A DNA stretch of 57,044 nt from Blastocatellia bacterium (GTDB taxonomy: Bacteria; Acidobacteriota; Blastocatellia; UBA7656). Of this stretch, positions 32,134 to 41,988 are shown piece by piece. The notes beneath the pieces were generated by a model. The model made no database searches. It was not told the DNA's origin and worked only from the letters and a program-made list of their open reading frames with translations. Location of the stretch: the NCBI GenBank assembly GCA_035576605.1, contig DATLWF010000598.1, forward strand, positions 1 to 57,044, written 5' to 3'. Each line of letters starts with the position of its first letter. Position 1 is the stretch's first letter. Both the position numbers and the translations under genes were made by a program.

Positions 32134-35100
32134 GCCTGGCGGGGGTCGTCTCCAGTCAATCACGCGCGGTCGTGGTGCTGGTCGGGCTCCTGTGCGCCGC
32201 CGGGATCTACGCTGCCTTAGCACTCCCCGTAGCCATTTTCCCTCAAACTGATTTCCCTCGCGTCGTGATCATCATCGACGACGGCGTTGTGCCAGCCCCC
32301 CAGGTTCTCGTATCAGTCACCCGCCCGATTGAAGAAGCGATGAACGGTATTCCGGGCGTAGTGCGCATACGATCTACGACGCAACGCGGGGGCTGCGACG
32401 TAAGCCTCTTCTTCGATTGGAAGGTCGACATAATCGAATCGCTTCAGATGGTTCAGGAGCGCCTCGCGCAGATGGCTTCGAGCCTGCCGCCAGGCGCTTC
32501 GATCCGCCGCGTTGAACGACTTACTTTTGCGGTCTTTCCTGTGGCCGGCTACAGCCTGACATCAGACGTGCGTGACCCCGCGAGTCTGCGGGACCTTGCG
32601 ACTTACGTCGTCAGACCCCGACTCACGCGGCTTGCCGGCATTGCGGCAGTTGCCGTCGCCGGCGGAGAAAAACGCGAGTTCCACGTTACTGTCGACCCCG
32701 CGCGGTTGGTCGCGCGCGGCGTTTCGCTGGAGCAAGTGGTAGACGCGGTGAACAAGGCAAACATCATCGCCTCGCCCGGTCTAATCGAAGAAAACCATCA
32801 ACTCGAACTCGCCCTGGTAAGCGGCCAGGCCAAGAAGCCAGAGGAGCTTAACCCGATCGTCGTAGCTGTGGTGAACAATGCGCCGGTTACGCTCTCGGAA
32901 GTGGCAACGGTTGGAGAAGGGGTCGCGCCGAATTACACAATCGTCACCGCGGATGGTCATCCAGCCGTGCTGCTAAACATCACTCGCCAGCCGGATGCCA
33001 ATACCGTGGAAGTGGTTGACGCGGTGAAGGCGGAGTTGGCCGCGATTCGTCTACAGCTTCCGAAAGATGTCAAAGTCGCGCCATATTACGATCAGTCGTT
33101 GCTGGTGCGCGCTTCGATCAACTCGGTCCGCGATTCGATTCTGATCGGCCTCGTGCTCTCGGTCGCGATTCTCTATGGCTTTCTGAGAAACGCTGGAACG
33201 ACCTTCGTCGCAATACTTGTGATTCCGGTGACGGTGCTCGCGACGTTTCTCGCGATGTGGCTCGCGGGGTTGAGTTTCGACTTGATGACTCTGGGCGGCG
33301 TCGCGGCGGCCATCGGTTTGGTAATAGATGACGCGATCGTAGTGGTCGAAAACATCTACACCCACCGGGCCCGCGGCGAGTCTCGTCACGACGCGGTTCA
33401 GCGCGCGGTGTCGGAGATAACCATTCCGATTATCGGCTCGACCGTAACGCCGGTGGTCGTCTTTCTGCCGCTCACGCTGCTGACAGGGGTCACTGGCGTC
33501 TTCTTTCGCTCGCTTGCGCTGACGATGGCAGTGGCACTGTTGACATCGCTGGTGCTCGCGCTTTCATTCACCCCCGTACTGGCCGAACGATTCATCAAGC
33601 CGAGGCGTCGCCCCGCAGGTGAGGAGGACAGCCTTGCGGGCGCTGAACTGGAAGGCGAGCTTGCCGCAGAAGAGCGCGAGGAAGCTAGAGAGCAGGGAAG
33701 ACTGTTACGCGCGATTGTGGTGCGCTACGAGTGGCTGCTTGGAAAGGCGCTCGACAACCGAGCGATTGTGCTCCTCGTGTGTGCCGGCGTGCTTGCGGGG
33801 TCGTATCTCGTCTATCGAAACCTGGGCTCCGAGTTTTTGCCGGAATTCGACGAAGGAGCGTTTGTGCTGGATTACTTCACGCCGCCGGGAACGTCGCTCG
33901 CGGAAACGGACCGCATACTGAAACACGTCGAGGACATGTTGAAGGACACGCCGGAGGTTGAGAGCTACTCCCGGCGCACTGGATTACAGCTCGGTCTGTT
34001 TATCACCGAGCCTAATACCGGGGATTTTCTCGTGAAACTGAAACCCGGTCGCAAGCGCAGCACCGAGGAAGTGAAGGACGATCTTCGAAAGGAGATCGCG
34101 TCAAAAGAACCGGGTCTGTCTCGTGTCGAGTTGCCAGGCATCCTCGGAGACCTGATAGGTGATTTGACCAGCGAGCCGCAGCCGGTCGAGATAAAACTAT
34201 TCAGCGAGGACGCGAAAGCGCTTCATCTCAAGGCCGCCGAGATCGAAGATGTCATCAAGAAGATTCCGGGCATCGTGGACACATTTAACGGTGTGACGAT
34301 CAGCGGTCCGGGGATCACCTTCAAGATCGATCCTCAGCGCGCAGCCCAGCTAGGCGTCACTGCGACCGATGTTGCGAACACCGTTACAACCGCGATGACC
34401 GGTGACGCGACTTCTGCCGTCCTGCAGCAGGATCGTTTGATCAGCGTGCGGGTAGTGCTGCCCAGGGAGTCGCGACAGTCGCTCGATGCATTGCGGGCGC
34501 TGCCAATCCGCTCTCCGGTGAAGAACACGTTGTTTCGTCTCGATCAGGTCGCCGACATTGAGTACGACAAGGGGCAAACCGAAATCGCGCGGGACGGCCT
34601 GCGACAGACGGTCGGAGTCACCGCGCGTCTTGAAGGAATCGACCTTGGCTCGGCGATAGGAACGATCCAGGCGAAGCTGGGAAAGGACGTGAAGCTGCCG
34701 CCGGGAATGACGCTCGAATACGGGGGGCTTTACCGCGAACAGCAAGCGAGCTTTCGCGAGATGACGCTTGCATTAGGGCTGGCGATTACGCTGGTGTTCA
34801 TAACACTGCTCATCGAGTTTCGCTCTTTCGCACACCCGGCTGCGATCGTCACCGGGGCAGTCCTCGCGTTGAGCGGTGTCCTCGTCGCGCTCCTGGTCAC
34901 GCACACGACGCTTAATGTTGTTTCCTATATGGGAATGATCATGGTCGTGGGCATCGTTGCCAAGAACGGAATACTGATGCTGGACGCGGTCGAGGATCAT
35001 CTGACGGCGGGCGATACGTTGAGGGACGCACTGCTACGATCGGGAAGGCGAAGGTTCAGACCGGTGCTAATGACCTCGCTTGCAGCGATGCTCGGAATGA

Positions 35101-35243
35101 TGCCGCTGGCGCTCGCGCTGGGTCAGGGAGCGGAAATGCTGCAGGCTCTGGCGATCGCGGTGATCGGAGGATTGATGGTGGCGTTGCTGCTGTCGCTTGT
35201 TGTTACGCCTTCGGTGTACGCGATGCTTCATCGGCAGCGCTAA
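32130..35243 (+). CDS. efflux RND transporter permease, AcrB/HAE1-like
   Basis: The 1037-aa ORF starts at a GTG overlapping the adaptor stop. Its TM4 motif AIGLVIDDAIVVVEN is of the AcrB type (AIGLLVDDAIVVVEN as I recall it for E. coli AcrB). Confidence 0.95.
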   Translation: MSLAGVVSSQSRAVVVLVGLLCAAGIYAALALPVAIFPQTDFPRVVIIIDDGVVPAPQVLVSVTRPIEEAMNGIPGVVRIRSTTQRGGCDVSLFFDWKVDIIESLQMVQERLAQMASSLPPGASIRRVERLTFAVFPVAGYSLTSDVRDPASLRDLATYVVRPRLTRLAGIAAVAVAGGEKREFHVTVDPARLVARGVSLEQVVDAVNKANIIASPGLIEENHQLELALVSGQAKKPEELNPIVVAVVNNAPVTLSEVATVGEGVAPNYTIVTADGHPAVLLNITRQPDANTVEVVDAVKAELAAIRLQLPKDVKVAPYYDQSLLVRASINSVRDSILIGLVLSVAILYGFLRNAGTTFVAILVIPVTVLATFLAMWLAGLSFDLMTLGGVAAAIGLVIDDAIVVVENIYTHRARGESRHDAVQRAVSEITIPIIGSTVTPVVVFLPLTLLTGVTGVFFRSLALTMAVALLTSLVLALSFTPVLAERFIKPRRRPAGEEDSLAGAELEGELAAEEREEAREQGRLLRAIVVRYEWLLGKALDNRAIVLLVCAGVLAGSYLVYRNLGSEFLPEFDEGAFVLDYFTPPGTSLAETDRILKHVEDMLKDTPEVESYSRRTGLQLGLFITEPNTGDFLVKLKPGRKRSTEEVKDDLRKEIASKEPGLSRVELPGILGDLIGDLTSEPQPVEIKLFSEDAKALHLKAAEIEDVIKKIPGIVDTFNGVTISGPGITFKIDPQRAAQLGVTATDVANTVTTAMTGDATSAVLQQDRLISVRVVLPRESRQSLDALRALPIRSPVKNTLFRLDQVADIEYDKGQTEIARDGLRQTVGVTARLEGIDLGSAIGTIQAKLGKDVKLPPGMTLEYGGLYREQQASFREMTLALGLAITLVFITLLIEFRSFAHPAAIVTGAVLALSGVLVALLVTHTTLNVVSYMGMIMVVGIVAKNGILMLDAVEDHLTAGDTLRDALLRSGRRRFRPVLMTSLAAMLGMMPLALALGQGAEMLQALAIAVIGGLMVALLLSLVVTPSVYAMLHRQR

Positions 35244-35288
35244 TCGATGGAACGAGGTAGTTAACTTCTGCTACCATTTGAGGCACTG

Positions 35289-35912
35289 ATGCTTTCAGCG
35301 CTTCTTTCATACTTCGCTCAATACGGCTACTGGGTAGTTTTCTTCGGGGTGATGCTCGAGAACGCAGGCGTGCCGGTGCCGGGCGAGACCATTCTCCTGG
35401 CGGCCGGGTTCTTCGCTGCGCAAGGTCAATTCAACCTGTGGGAAGTCATGGCAATCGCAGCGTTTGGCGCGGTGCTCGGTGACAACACCGGCTATCTGAT
35501 CGGCCGCGAAGTAGGGCGAGCGACGCTCGAGCGTTATGGCCGATATGTCGGCTTGACCCAAGGGCGAATAGCGCACATGGACAGGTTTTTCGAAGCGCAC
35601 GGCAACAAGACGATCCTGGTCGCTCGGTTCATCACCGGCTTGCGAGTGTTTGCGGCGCTGCTGGCCGGTTCCTCGCGCATGCCCTGGCGAACGTTTGCGC
35701 TTTACAACATGCTGGGCGCGGTGCTGTGGTCGGTCGCCATCACGCTTGCGGGCTTTTTCTTCGGCCGAAGCTGGGATGTGCTCGAGCACTGGATCAAAGG
35801 CGCCGGTCTGATCTTGCTCGGGTTAGTGGTGATTGTCGTAGTCACAATGATTGTTATGAGGCGCCGCAAGCGTAGAGCAGAGGAAGAGCTGGAAGCAAAA
35901 GCCGAAGTGTGA
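35289..35912 (+). CDS. DedA-family (SNARE-associated/VTT) membrane protein
   Basis: It reads YGYWVVFFGVMLENAGVPVPGETILLAAGFFA...VARFITGLRVFAALLAG, which is a typical DedA core. Confidence 0.9.
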   Translation: MLSALLSYFAQYGYWVVFFGVMLENAGVPVPGETILLAAGFFAAQGQFNLWEVMAIAAFGAVLGDNTGYLIGREVGRATLERYGRYVGLTQGRIAHMDRFFEAHGNKTILVARFITGLRVFAALLAGSSRMPWRTFALYNMLGAVLWSVAITLAGFFFGRSWDVLEHWIKGAGLILLGLVVIVVVTMIVMRRRKRRAEEELEAKAEV

Positions 35913-35938
35913 TGACCGGCAATGGTCCAAACGGATGC

Positions 35939-36032
35939 GAGTTCGTAGTTCGGCCTTTAGGCGGAAGTTCGTAAGACTGGCTACCAGCGCACGGGGCTAC
36001 GAACTTCCGCCTAAAGGCCGAACTACGAACTC
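35939..36032. repeat. perfect 35-bp-arm palindrome (family ...GAGTTCGTAGTTCGGCCTTTA.GCGGAAGTT...)
   Basis: GAGTTCGTAGTTCGGCCTTTAGGCGGAAGTTCGTA (35939-35973) is the exact reverse complement of 35998-36032. The loop is 24 nt. It lies 27 nt after the DedA stop. The arm is shared (30 of 31 nt) with 47292-47471. Confidence 0.8.
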
Positions 36033-36077
36033 GAAGCGTCCATCTGCGTTCTATTCTCCGCAGGTTTGTTTCGGTAG

Positions 36078-36899
36078 ATGCCTCAACCCACATTCGAACA
36101 GATCGAAAACTACCGCGACCACACGTGGCGGCGCATGCCTGAGCTGCGCATCGAAAACGCCGCTGAAGCCGAGCGGTTTATCGAGAGCGTTGGATTCTGC
36201 TCGACGCTGACCGATGCGCGACGCCCCGGACCATCGCTGTACATTGCGGTCTGCGGGAGGCGCGATGCTTACATGCCCCGCAATGTTCAAAAGGACGCCG
36301 AATCGAGCCTGGCCTGGTACATCAAAGACGAAGTGATGCGGCGCGGCCGAGTCTATTACGCGAAGCTGGTCCGGGGACGCTCGACTTTCATCGCCCCGCG
36401 CTTGATCCCGCAGTTCAACGCGTTGTGGGGTGTCCCTAAAAGAAAAGAGTCTGAGCTGCTTTCACCCAGCGCGCGGGCTATTCTCAAAGTCCTGCGGCGC
36501 GAGTGGGAGATGGGGACTCGGGACCTGCGTGTTGAGTCGGGTGTCGCGGAGCGCGCCCGGTTCACCCGGTCGATCGATGAGCTTCAACGCGCGATGAAGG
36601 TGATCCCGTCGGAGGTGTTGTACGAGCCGACGTTCACTTACATCTGGTCGCTGGCGGAAGGTCGCTTCCCGCAGGAGTTGTCGACTAAGATCACGCGAGG
36701 CGAGGCATTGCGTGAGGTGGCGCGTACTTACTTGCAGGGCGCGGGTCTGACTGCCGTTGGGGAATTGTCGAGAGTTACCGGGCTCTCTCGTCCGGAGGCC
36801 GGGCTTGGAAATCATTCGCTTGTGCACGAAGGATTTGTTGAAAGGTTATCGACCGGTGTTTATCGTTTGGCGAGTTTGCCGGGCACGACGCTGACTTGA
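36078..36899 (+). CDS. conserved hypothetical protein (possible winged-helix domains)
   Basis: The 273-aa ORF has coding-like composition and no confident family match by eye. It has no clear Shine-Dalgarno. Confidence 0.6.
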   Translation: MPQPTFEQIENYRDHTWRRMPELRIENAAEAERFIESVGFCSTLTDARRPGPSLYIAVCGRRDAYMPRNVQKDAESSLAWYIKDEVMRRGRVYYAKLVRGRSTFIAPRLIPQFNALWGVPKRKESELLSPSARAILKVLRREWEMGTRDLRVESGVAERARFTRSIDELQRAMKVIPSEVLYEPTFTYIWSLAEGRFPQELSTKITRGEALREVARTYLQGAGLTAVGELSRVTGLSRPEAGLGNHSLVHEGFVERLSTGVYRLASLPGTTLT

Positions 36900-36956
36900 T
36901 GCTCCGATTGCGCGGATTATGTTGAACTACTGCCCCGAACAAAAGCGCGGTTCTCA

Positions 36957-37742
36957 TCAAAAACTATTACCTGCTTCGCGGCCTGGGCGCCTTCGATGTT
37001 CGAAGTTAGTAGGCGCGGGGGTCGACTCCGCTTCAGTCTCGTCAAGCGCCGAAAAGATTTTCGCTTTCGTTCTCTCAATCAGCTCAACGACGTTTTGCTT
37101 CGAGTACCCGGCGGTGCTGATTGGCTCGTGAATCGTAATGCGCACGGTCGAGGGAAACACCTTGATCTGAGCCTTCGGCATGATCTTCGTCGCGCCCGAC
37201 ACGGTCACCGGAACGACCGGCACACCCGCGTCTATCGCCATCATAAACGCGCCCTTCTTGAAAGGCAGCAGGCGGCCGTCGCGTGATCGTGTGCCCTCAG
37301 GATAGACGACGTACGACTTGCCATGCCGCAGATTCTCCGTAGCACGCTTGGCACTCTCGACCGCCGCTGGGCTGTTGCTTCGATCAACCGGCACCACTCC
37401 CATCAACCGTATGCCGTACCCGAACACCGGGTACTTGAAGACCTCCTTCTTGCCGAGGTAGGCGGGGTTGCGGCCAAGGTAAGTCACAAACAACGGCACC
37501 TCGATCAGGCTTTGATGATTGGGTGTGAAGATGTAAGTCTGATTCGGATCCAGCCGCTCTATCCCGCTCACTTCCACGCGCACCCCGACCATCGCAAGCC
37601 CGGCGCGAATGAATATGCGAATGGGCGAGTAGATAAAGTTTTCGTTCTTGGTGATGAGAACGAGTGCGATCAACAGCGGCGCCACCAGCGCAATGGATGT
37701 GAACCAGAACGCAAGCAGAAAGATTCCGCGCAGTCGTGGCAT
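36957..37742 (-). CDS. plsC: 1-acyl-sn-glycerol-3-phosphate (lysophospholipid) acyltransferase
   Basis: This is track ORF 36957..37745. ATG 37742 overlaps the upstream stop (TGATG). It has an N-terminal TM helix and the acyltransferase blocks FTPNHQSLIEVP and VVYPEGTRSRDGRLLPFKKGA. Confidence 0.88.
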   Translation of the reverse strand: MPRLRGIFLLAFWFTSIALVAPLLIALVLITKNENFIYSPIRIFIRAGLAMVGVRVEVSGIERLDPNQTYIFTPNHQSLIEVPLFVTYLGRNPAYLGKKEVFKYPVFGYGIRLMGVVPVDRSNSPAAVESAKRATENLRHGKSYVVYPEGTRSRDGRLLPFKKGAFMMAIDAGVPVVPVTVSGATKIMPKAQIKVFPSTVRITIHEPISTAGYSKQNVVELIERTKAKIFSALDETEAESTPAPTNFEHRRRPGREAGNSF

Positions 37743-39115
37743 CACTGGTATTGTCCGCCCGGCTTCAGATTCTCGTTCAGTGTATTCAGAAAAGCAACGA
37801 GCGAAGGAATATCCGCGTCTGTGATTCTGATCCTCGCCAGATCCTCATCGCCCTCTCTCACTCGACCGGCGCGCGCCAGTTCGCTCAAGCGCATCAGCTC
37901 GGTCAGCGCGCTCTCGATCGTACTGAACCCGCCCGTGTGCATATAGGGCTGCGTGAAAGCGAGATTGCGCAGCGTCGGTGTCTTGAACGACGCGATCATT
38001 CGCTGCAGGAACCGGTCGTCGCTTTCCCCGGCTCGTCGCAGCGGGGAACTTTCTAGATCGACAAAGTTCCAGTAGCCTAGGTCTGCACATCCGGGCTTCC
38101 GCTTCGAAGGAATCTCGCGAAACTGCGTCGAGGGCCGATGGGCATCCGCGGCGGCGGGGATCTGCAGCTCGGCGAAGCTGCCGTCTCCATTCACCTGGTC
38201 GTATTCGCTCTGGCTGATTCCCATGTTATGAAACGAAAAGTCCGTAAACAGCGGCGGTGTGTGGCAGGCGGCGCAATTCCCCGCCGATGTGCCGCCGTGC
38301 GTGCGGAAGAACACCTTCAGCCCCTTCAGCGCGGCAGCGCCAAACCCGCTCGACAGCTTCAGCGCTCGTTTCTTTTCGAGCGCGACAACGTTGCCGAGCA
38401 AGCGTGCCGCGAAAACCTTTGGGTCTTCGCCCTTTGCCGGTCCCATACTGAGTCCGTTCGCCTGAACGAAGCGATCGAATGGAGTTGTGCGCCCGGTCTT
38501 CAGCGTTCGCATATAATCCGCGATTGCTTTTGTGATCCGATCGATTACTTCGGCTTTGCCGAGATCTCCAGGGTCGATGCCGTACGCAGCCTTGAAGTCT
38601 GCGCGATAGTTACCGGCATAATCGGAGCCCTCACCGGTATCCTTCAGAATAATCCCGTAGACGCGATCGAAAGCCTGGTCCTCTTCGCCCGGCAACCAGC
38701 CCATCGGCCGGCCCGCAAGTGTTCCCTTCACAAGATCCTCGAGCGAGCCGAACTCGCCATCGAAGTGAAGCCTCGGCATTAGCGCCGCGTCCAGGATCGT
38801 AGGCGAGTTGCGCAACTCTTCTCTGCGAGGGTCTGCCCCGCGCCAGGGTACCCAGCTCCGAGAAAAGAAATCCGTCTGCGCCCGCATGCCCTGCGGGTCT
38901 TCGTCCAGGAGGTGGCACGAAGCACAACTGTTTTGAAGATCACCCTGGGGTGACGAAAAGCGAGCCTCCCGAAAGAGCCTCAGGCCAAGGCGGATTTGAG
39001 CAGAAGGTTGTTTGCGCGCGGGGCTCTGGCCGAACGCGGCAAAAGCCAGGGCCATCGCTATGCCGATTGCCGAGAGTTTGGACCACGCGATTCGAGAGTA
39101 ACGGGAAGAGCCCAA
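37742..39115 (-). CDS. di-haem cytochrome c peroxidase family protein (CCP/MauG-like)
   Basis: The 457-aa ORF has a signal peptide, two CxxCH motifs (CASCH, CAACH), and TPTLRNLAFTQPYMHTG, which is characteristic of the CCP/MauG family. Confidence 0.88.
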   Translation of the reverse strand: MGSSRYSRIAWSKLSAIGIAMALAFAAFGQSPARKQPSAQIRLGLRLFREARFSSPQGDLQNSCASCHLLDEDPQGMRAQTDFFSRSWVPWRGADPRREELRNSPTILDAALMPRLHFDGEFGSLEDLVKGTLAGRPMGWLPGEEDQAFDRVYGIILKDTGEGSDYAGNYRADFKAAYGIDPGDLGKAEVIDRITKAIADYMRTLKTGRTTPFDRFVQANGLSMGPAKGEDPKVFAARLLGNVVALEKKRALKLSSGFGAAALKGLKVFFRTHGGTSAGNCAACHTPPLFTDFSFHNMGISQSEYDQVNGDGSFAELQIPAAADAHRPSTQFREIPSKRKPGCADLGYWNFVDLESSPLRRAGESDDRFLQRMIASFKTPTLRNLAFTQPYMHTGGFSTIESALTELMRLSELARAGRVREGDEDLARIRITDADIPSLVAFLNTLNENLKPGGQYQ

Positions 39116-39159
39116 CGTAAAGTGCCTTTTTTCAATAGTTTGCTTAGGAGCCCGTGCAA

Positions 39160-40044
39160 CTAACTAGCTGCGCGCGAACGCTGCTTCATTCGTGTTACGC
39201 ATTGCTGGAGCTGCTCGCGCATAAGCGACGAGCTTAGATGAACGCGGCGGCCGTGTCCAGGTAACACCCAATCAAACGGGTAGTCGAGCAGACGCTGCAT
39301 CGAGCGAGTCTGCTCGGGCCACGAATACCAGCACACACTCTGTGATGCATGAAGCGACTTGTAGGCCTCGGACCACCAGAGATGGTCACCGGAGAAAAGA
39401 TATTGATTGCGATACAGCAACACCGTGTGCCCACGAGTGTGCCCGGGAGTTGGGATAGCCAGCAAATCGTCTTCGAGCCTGACTGACTCGGGTCCGGTCA
39501 ACACGCGCTCGATCCCGGTGAGTGAGCGCCCAATGTCATCACGATGCATAACACGCTCGGCGTTGAAGTGACTGGCCCATTTCTCGTGATCGGCAACGTC
39601 GTCGCGATGCGTGAGGAAGATCAGGCGTACGCCGCCAAGCGTCTCGATGCGCTTGACCAGCGGGCTCGCGAAGCGCGGCGAGTCAATCAGCACATTGCCT
39701 TCGGGACGCACGATCAAATAGCTCGACGCTCCGTAAGACGACTCTGATGCGAAGCCGCAGAAATAGACATTCTCGTCTATCAGCTCTGGATAGGCCGCGA
39801 CAGCCGCTTTTGCGGATAGATGGCTGAGCGTGCCGATTGAAGCGGTCGGGCAAGTGACCAGAGCTTTGAGTGCCGCGAATTCTTGTTGTGAACTATCCGG
39901 CTGGTGATGCACCGCCGATTGATCCCCGACATCAGCGAAAGTCTCAGGCGCGATCTGCCGGCAGAGATCGCAGTCGATGCAGGTAGTATCGACGAAGAAA
40001 TCTCCTCTGACGTTCTGGGGATGGCTCAGCTCGACTAGTGCCAT
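39160..40044 (-). CDS. ferredoxin-domain / metallo-beta-lactamase-fold fusion protein
   Basis: This is track ORF 39160..40071. The N-terminus has an Fe-S ferredoxin motif (FFVDTTCIDCDLCRQIAPE...VTCPTASI). It is followed by an MBL fold (LIFLTHRDDVADH..., PTPGHTRGH, VLPGHG). The start (ATG 40044 or GTG 40071) is uncertain. Confidence 0.8.
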   Translation of the reverse strand: MALVELSHPQNVRGDFFVDTTCIDCDLCRQIAPETFADVGDQSAVHHQPDSSQQEFAALKALVTCPTASIGTLSHLSAKAAVAAYPELIDENVYFCGFASESSYGASSYLIVRPEGNVLIDSPRFASPLVKRIETLGGVRLIFLTHRDDVADHEKWASHFNAERVMHRDDIGRSLTGIERVLTGPESVRLEDDLLAIPTPGHTRGHTVLLYRNQYLFSGDHLWWSEAYKSLHASQSVCWYSWPEQTRSMQRLLDYPFDWVLPGHGRRVHLSSSLMREQLQQCVTRMKQRSRAAS

Positions 40045-40173
40045 ACATCTCAAGTATAGGAGGTCATGCACAAAGTGACAAAGCTACGCTACGAGTGGTT
40101 GGTGCCAGAGTGTGTTGATCTTTCGCCTAAGAATGACTAAAACCGAGTAGAGTTTACACGGAAATGCCCGAGA

Positions 40174-40704
40174 TTACTTGTCCACCCCAAAGCAGAAGAC
40201 TTCTTGCAAGCTCTCGGTTATAAACGCATATTCGCCAGGCGTAAGCGGGTTTACAGGCGCGAACTTGTAAGAGTGCTCTCCGAACCTGGTGACATTGACC
40301 TGGAAAAACCCGCTCTTCGCTGTCATGAGTGTTGCGGAACCAAACACCAGCAGTCGTTTACCATCCTTAGCTTCGAGTCTGTAGAGCCTCATTTTGAGCG
40401 GGTCTATGCCCCAGGGAAGCTGTAAAACAAACTCCAACGTCTGGCCAGCCTTCAAGCTTAGAGAGGAGTGCTCGCCCTCAACTTCCGCCACAACTCTGTA
40501 GCCACCGAACCCGAGAGCTCGTAGCTTTGCTCGTCCTTTTACGATTTGCCTCTCAGTGCCGACCAGAGCGTTGGAGGCTGAATCCAGGTAATAAATGACG
40601 CCGATGTTTTCGGGCTCCGGAACTTTCTTATCTTGTCCAATGGCGTCATAGAAAAGCAGCAGCGAGAGGACGGAGCAGGTGAGAACACGACTGTAGTTGG
40701 TCAT
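40174..40704 (-). CDS. hypothetical secreted protein
   Basis: This is track ORF 40174..40767. ATG 40704 follows AAGAGG and gives the signal peptide MTNYSRVLTCSVLSLLLFYDAIG. I recognised no family. Confidence 0.6.
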   Translation of the reverse strand: MTNYSRVLTCSVLSLLLFYDAIGQDKKVPEPENIGVIYYLDSASNALVGTERQIVKGRAKLRALGFGGYRVVAEVEGEHSSLSLKAGQTLEFVLQLPWGIDPLKMRLYRLEAKDGKRLLVFGSATLMTAKSGFFQVNVTRFGEHSYKFAPVNPLTPGEYAFITESLQEVFCFGVDK

Positions 40705-40955
40705 CGGTCGACGCCTCTTGGTCTTTGAGTTTGATGCGAACCCCGGGAGGATTCGGCTATGCCCCAACGCTTCTAGGCATATTTAATCCACTGATCACTG
40801 GACCTGTCAATGCCAACCAACGCGTGTTCAGCATGATTCTTAGCCGCCTTTTACTACGTGAGGTCATCAGGCACACTACCAGCCCACCTTCCAAGCCGCG
40901 ACTAACGTTTTTGCGAGTCCTGGCCCTGTGACTCGTGCCATTGTGGCCAGGATTC

Positions 40956-41975
40956 TCAGTTGAGGAATCGGGACTCCAGACGGACGTACGCACGAAGCTC
41001 AGCCATTATCTCCGCGAACATCGGAGGCGTTAGCGATTGCGGGCCGTCCGACCAAGCCTCCTGCGGGCGAGGGTGAACTTCGATGATCAAGCCATCGGCG
41101 CCGATCGCTACAGCCGCCTTTGCGGCAGGACGAACCAGGCTCCTGCGGCCGGTGGCATGGGAGGGATCGACAATCACCGGCAGATGACTCAACTCGTTCA
41201 ACAACGGGACGGCTGCAAGGTCCAACGTGTTGCGGGTGGCAGTCTCGAAGGTTCGAATGCCTCGCTCACAAAGGATTATTTGATCGTTTCCGTGTGATGC
41301 GATGTATTCGGCTGACAGGAGCAGCTCCTTTATCGTCGAGCTCATCCCCCGCTTGAGCAGCACCGGACGTTTGACGCTGCCAAGCCGCTTCAGGAGCGCG
41401 AAGTTCTGCATGTTGCGTGCGCCAACCTGAAGTATGTCTGCGTACTCGGCGACTACCTCGGTGTCTTCGGTTGTCACGACTTCGGTTACGATTTTGAGCC
41501 CGGTCTGAGCGCGCGCTTCGGCCAGCAGCTTGAGTCCTTCCACTTCGAGACCCTGAAAGTCATAAGGCGAGGTGCGCGGTTTGTAAGCGCCGCCTCGCAG
41601 TACCTGCGCGCCGGCAAGCTTGACTGCTTCAGCCGTCTCCATCAACTGCTCGCGCGTCTCGACCGAGCAGGGCCCGGCCATCACGATGAACTCCTTGCCG
41701 CCGATTTCGAGATCCCCAACGCGCACGATTGTGCGTTGAGGCTGCAACTCACGGCCAACGATTTTGTAAGGCTGCAAGATTGGCACGACGTCTTCGACGC
41801 CCGGCACCGAGCGCAGGTTTTGCAAATGGTCTTTGTTGTCTCCGTGCCCGACTGCGCCAATTACCACGCGCTCTTCGCCTCGTATCACGTGCGGTTTGTA
41901 GCCGTACCGGCGTATGCTCTCACAGACTTCTTCGATTTGTTCTTCGGTTGCGCTTGATTTCATTGCGATGATCAT
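40956..41975 (-). CDS. aroF: 3-deoxy-7-phosphoheptulonate (DAHP) synthase, type I-beta with N-terminal ferredoxin-like regulatory domain
   Basis: The 339-aa ORF has a GGAGAG RBS. Signatures are [45 protein letters not shown] and [12 protein letters not shown]. Confidence 0.94.
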   Translation of the reverse strand: MIIAMKSSATEEQIEEVCESIRRYGYKPHVIRGEERVVIGAVGHGDNKDHLQNLRSVPGVEDVVPILQPYKIVGRELQPQRTIVRVGDLEIGGKEFIVMAGPCSVETREQLMETAEAVKLAGAQVLRGGAYKPRTSPYDFQGLEVEGLKLLAEARAQTGLKIVTEVVTTEDTEVVAEYADILQVGARNMQNFALLKRLGSVKRPVLLKRGMSSTIKELLLSAEYIASHGNDQIILCERGIRTFETATRNTLDLAAVPLLNELSHLPVIVDPSHATGRRSLVRPAAKAAVAIGADGLIIEVHPRPQEAWSDGPQSLTPPMFAEIMAELRAYVRLESRFLN

Positions 41976-41988
41976 TGTTTTCTCTCCA

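Noticed and set aside
35854-36210. ORFs 35854..36093 (minus) and 35935..36210 (plus), both containing LPPKGRTTNS.
   Set aside because: They are mirror-image translations of the perfect 35-bp-arm palindrome and are not genes.
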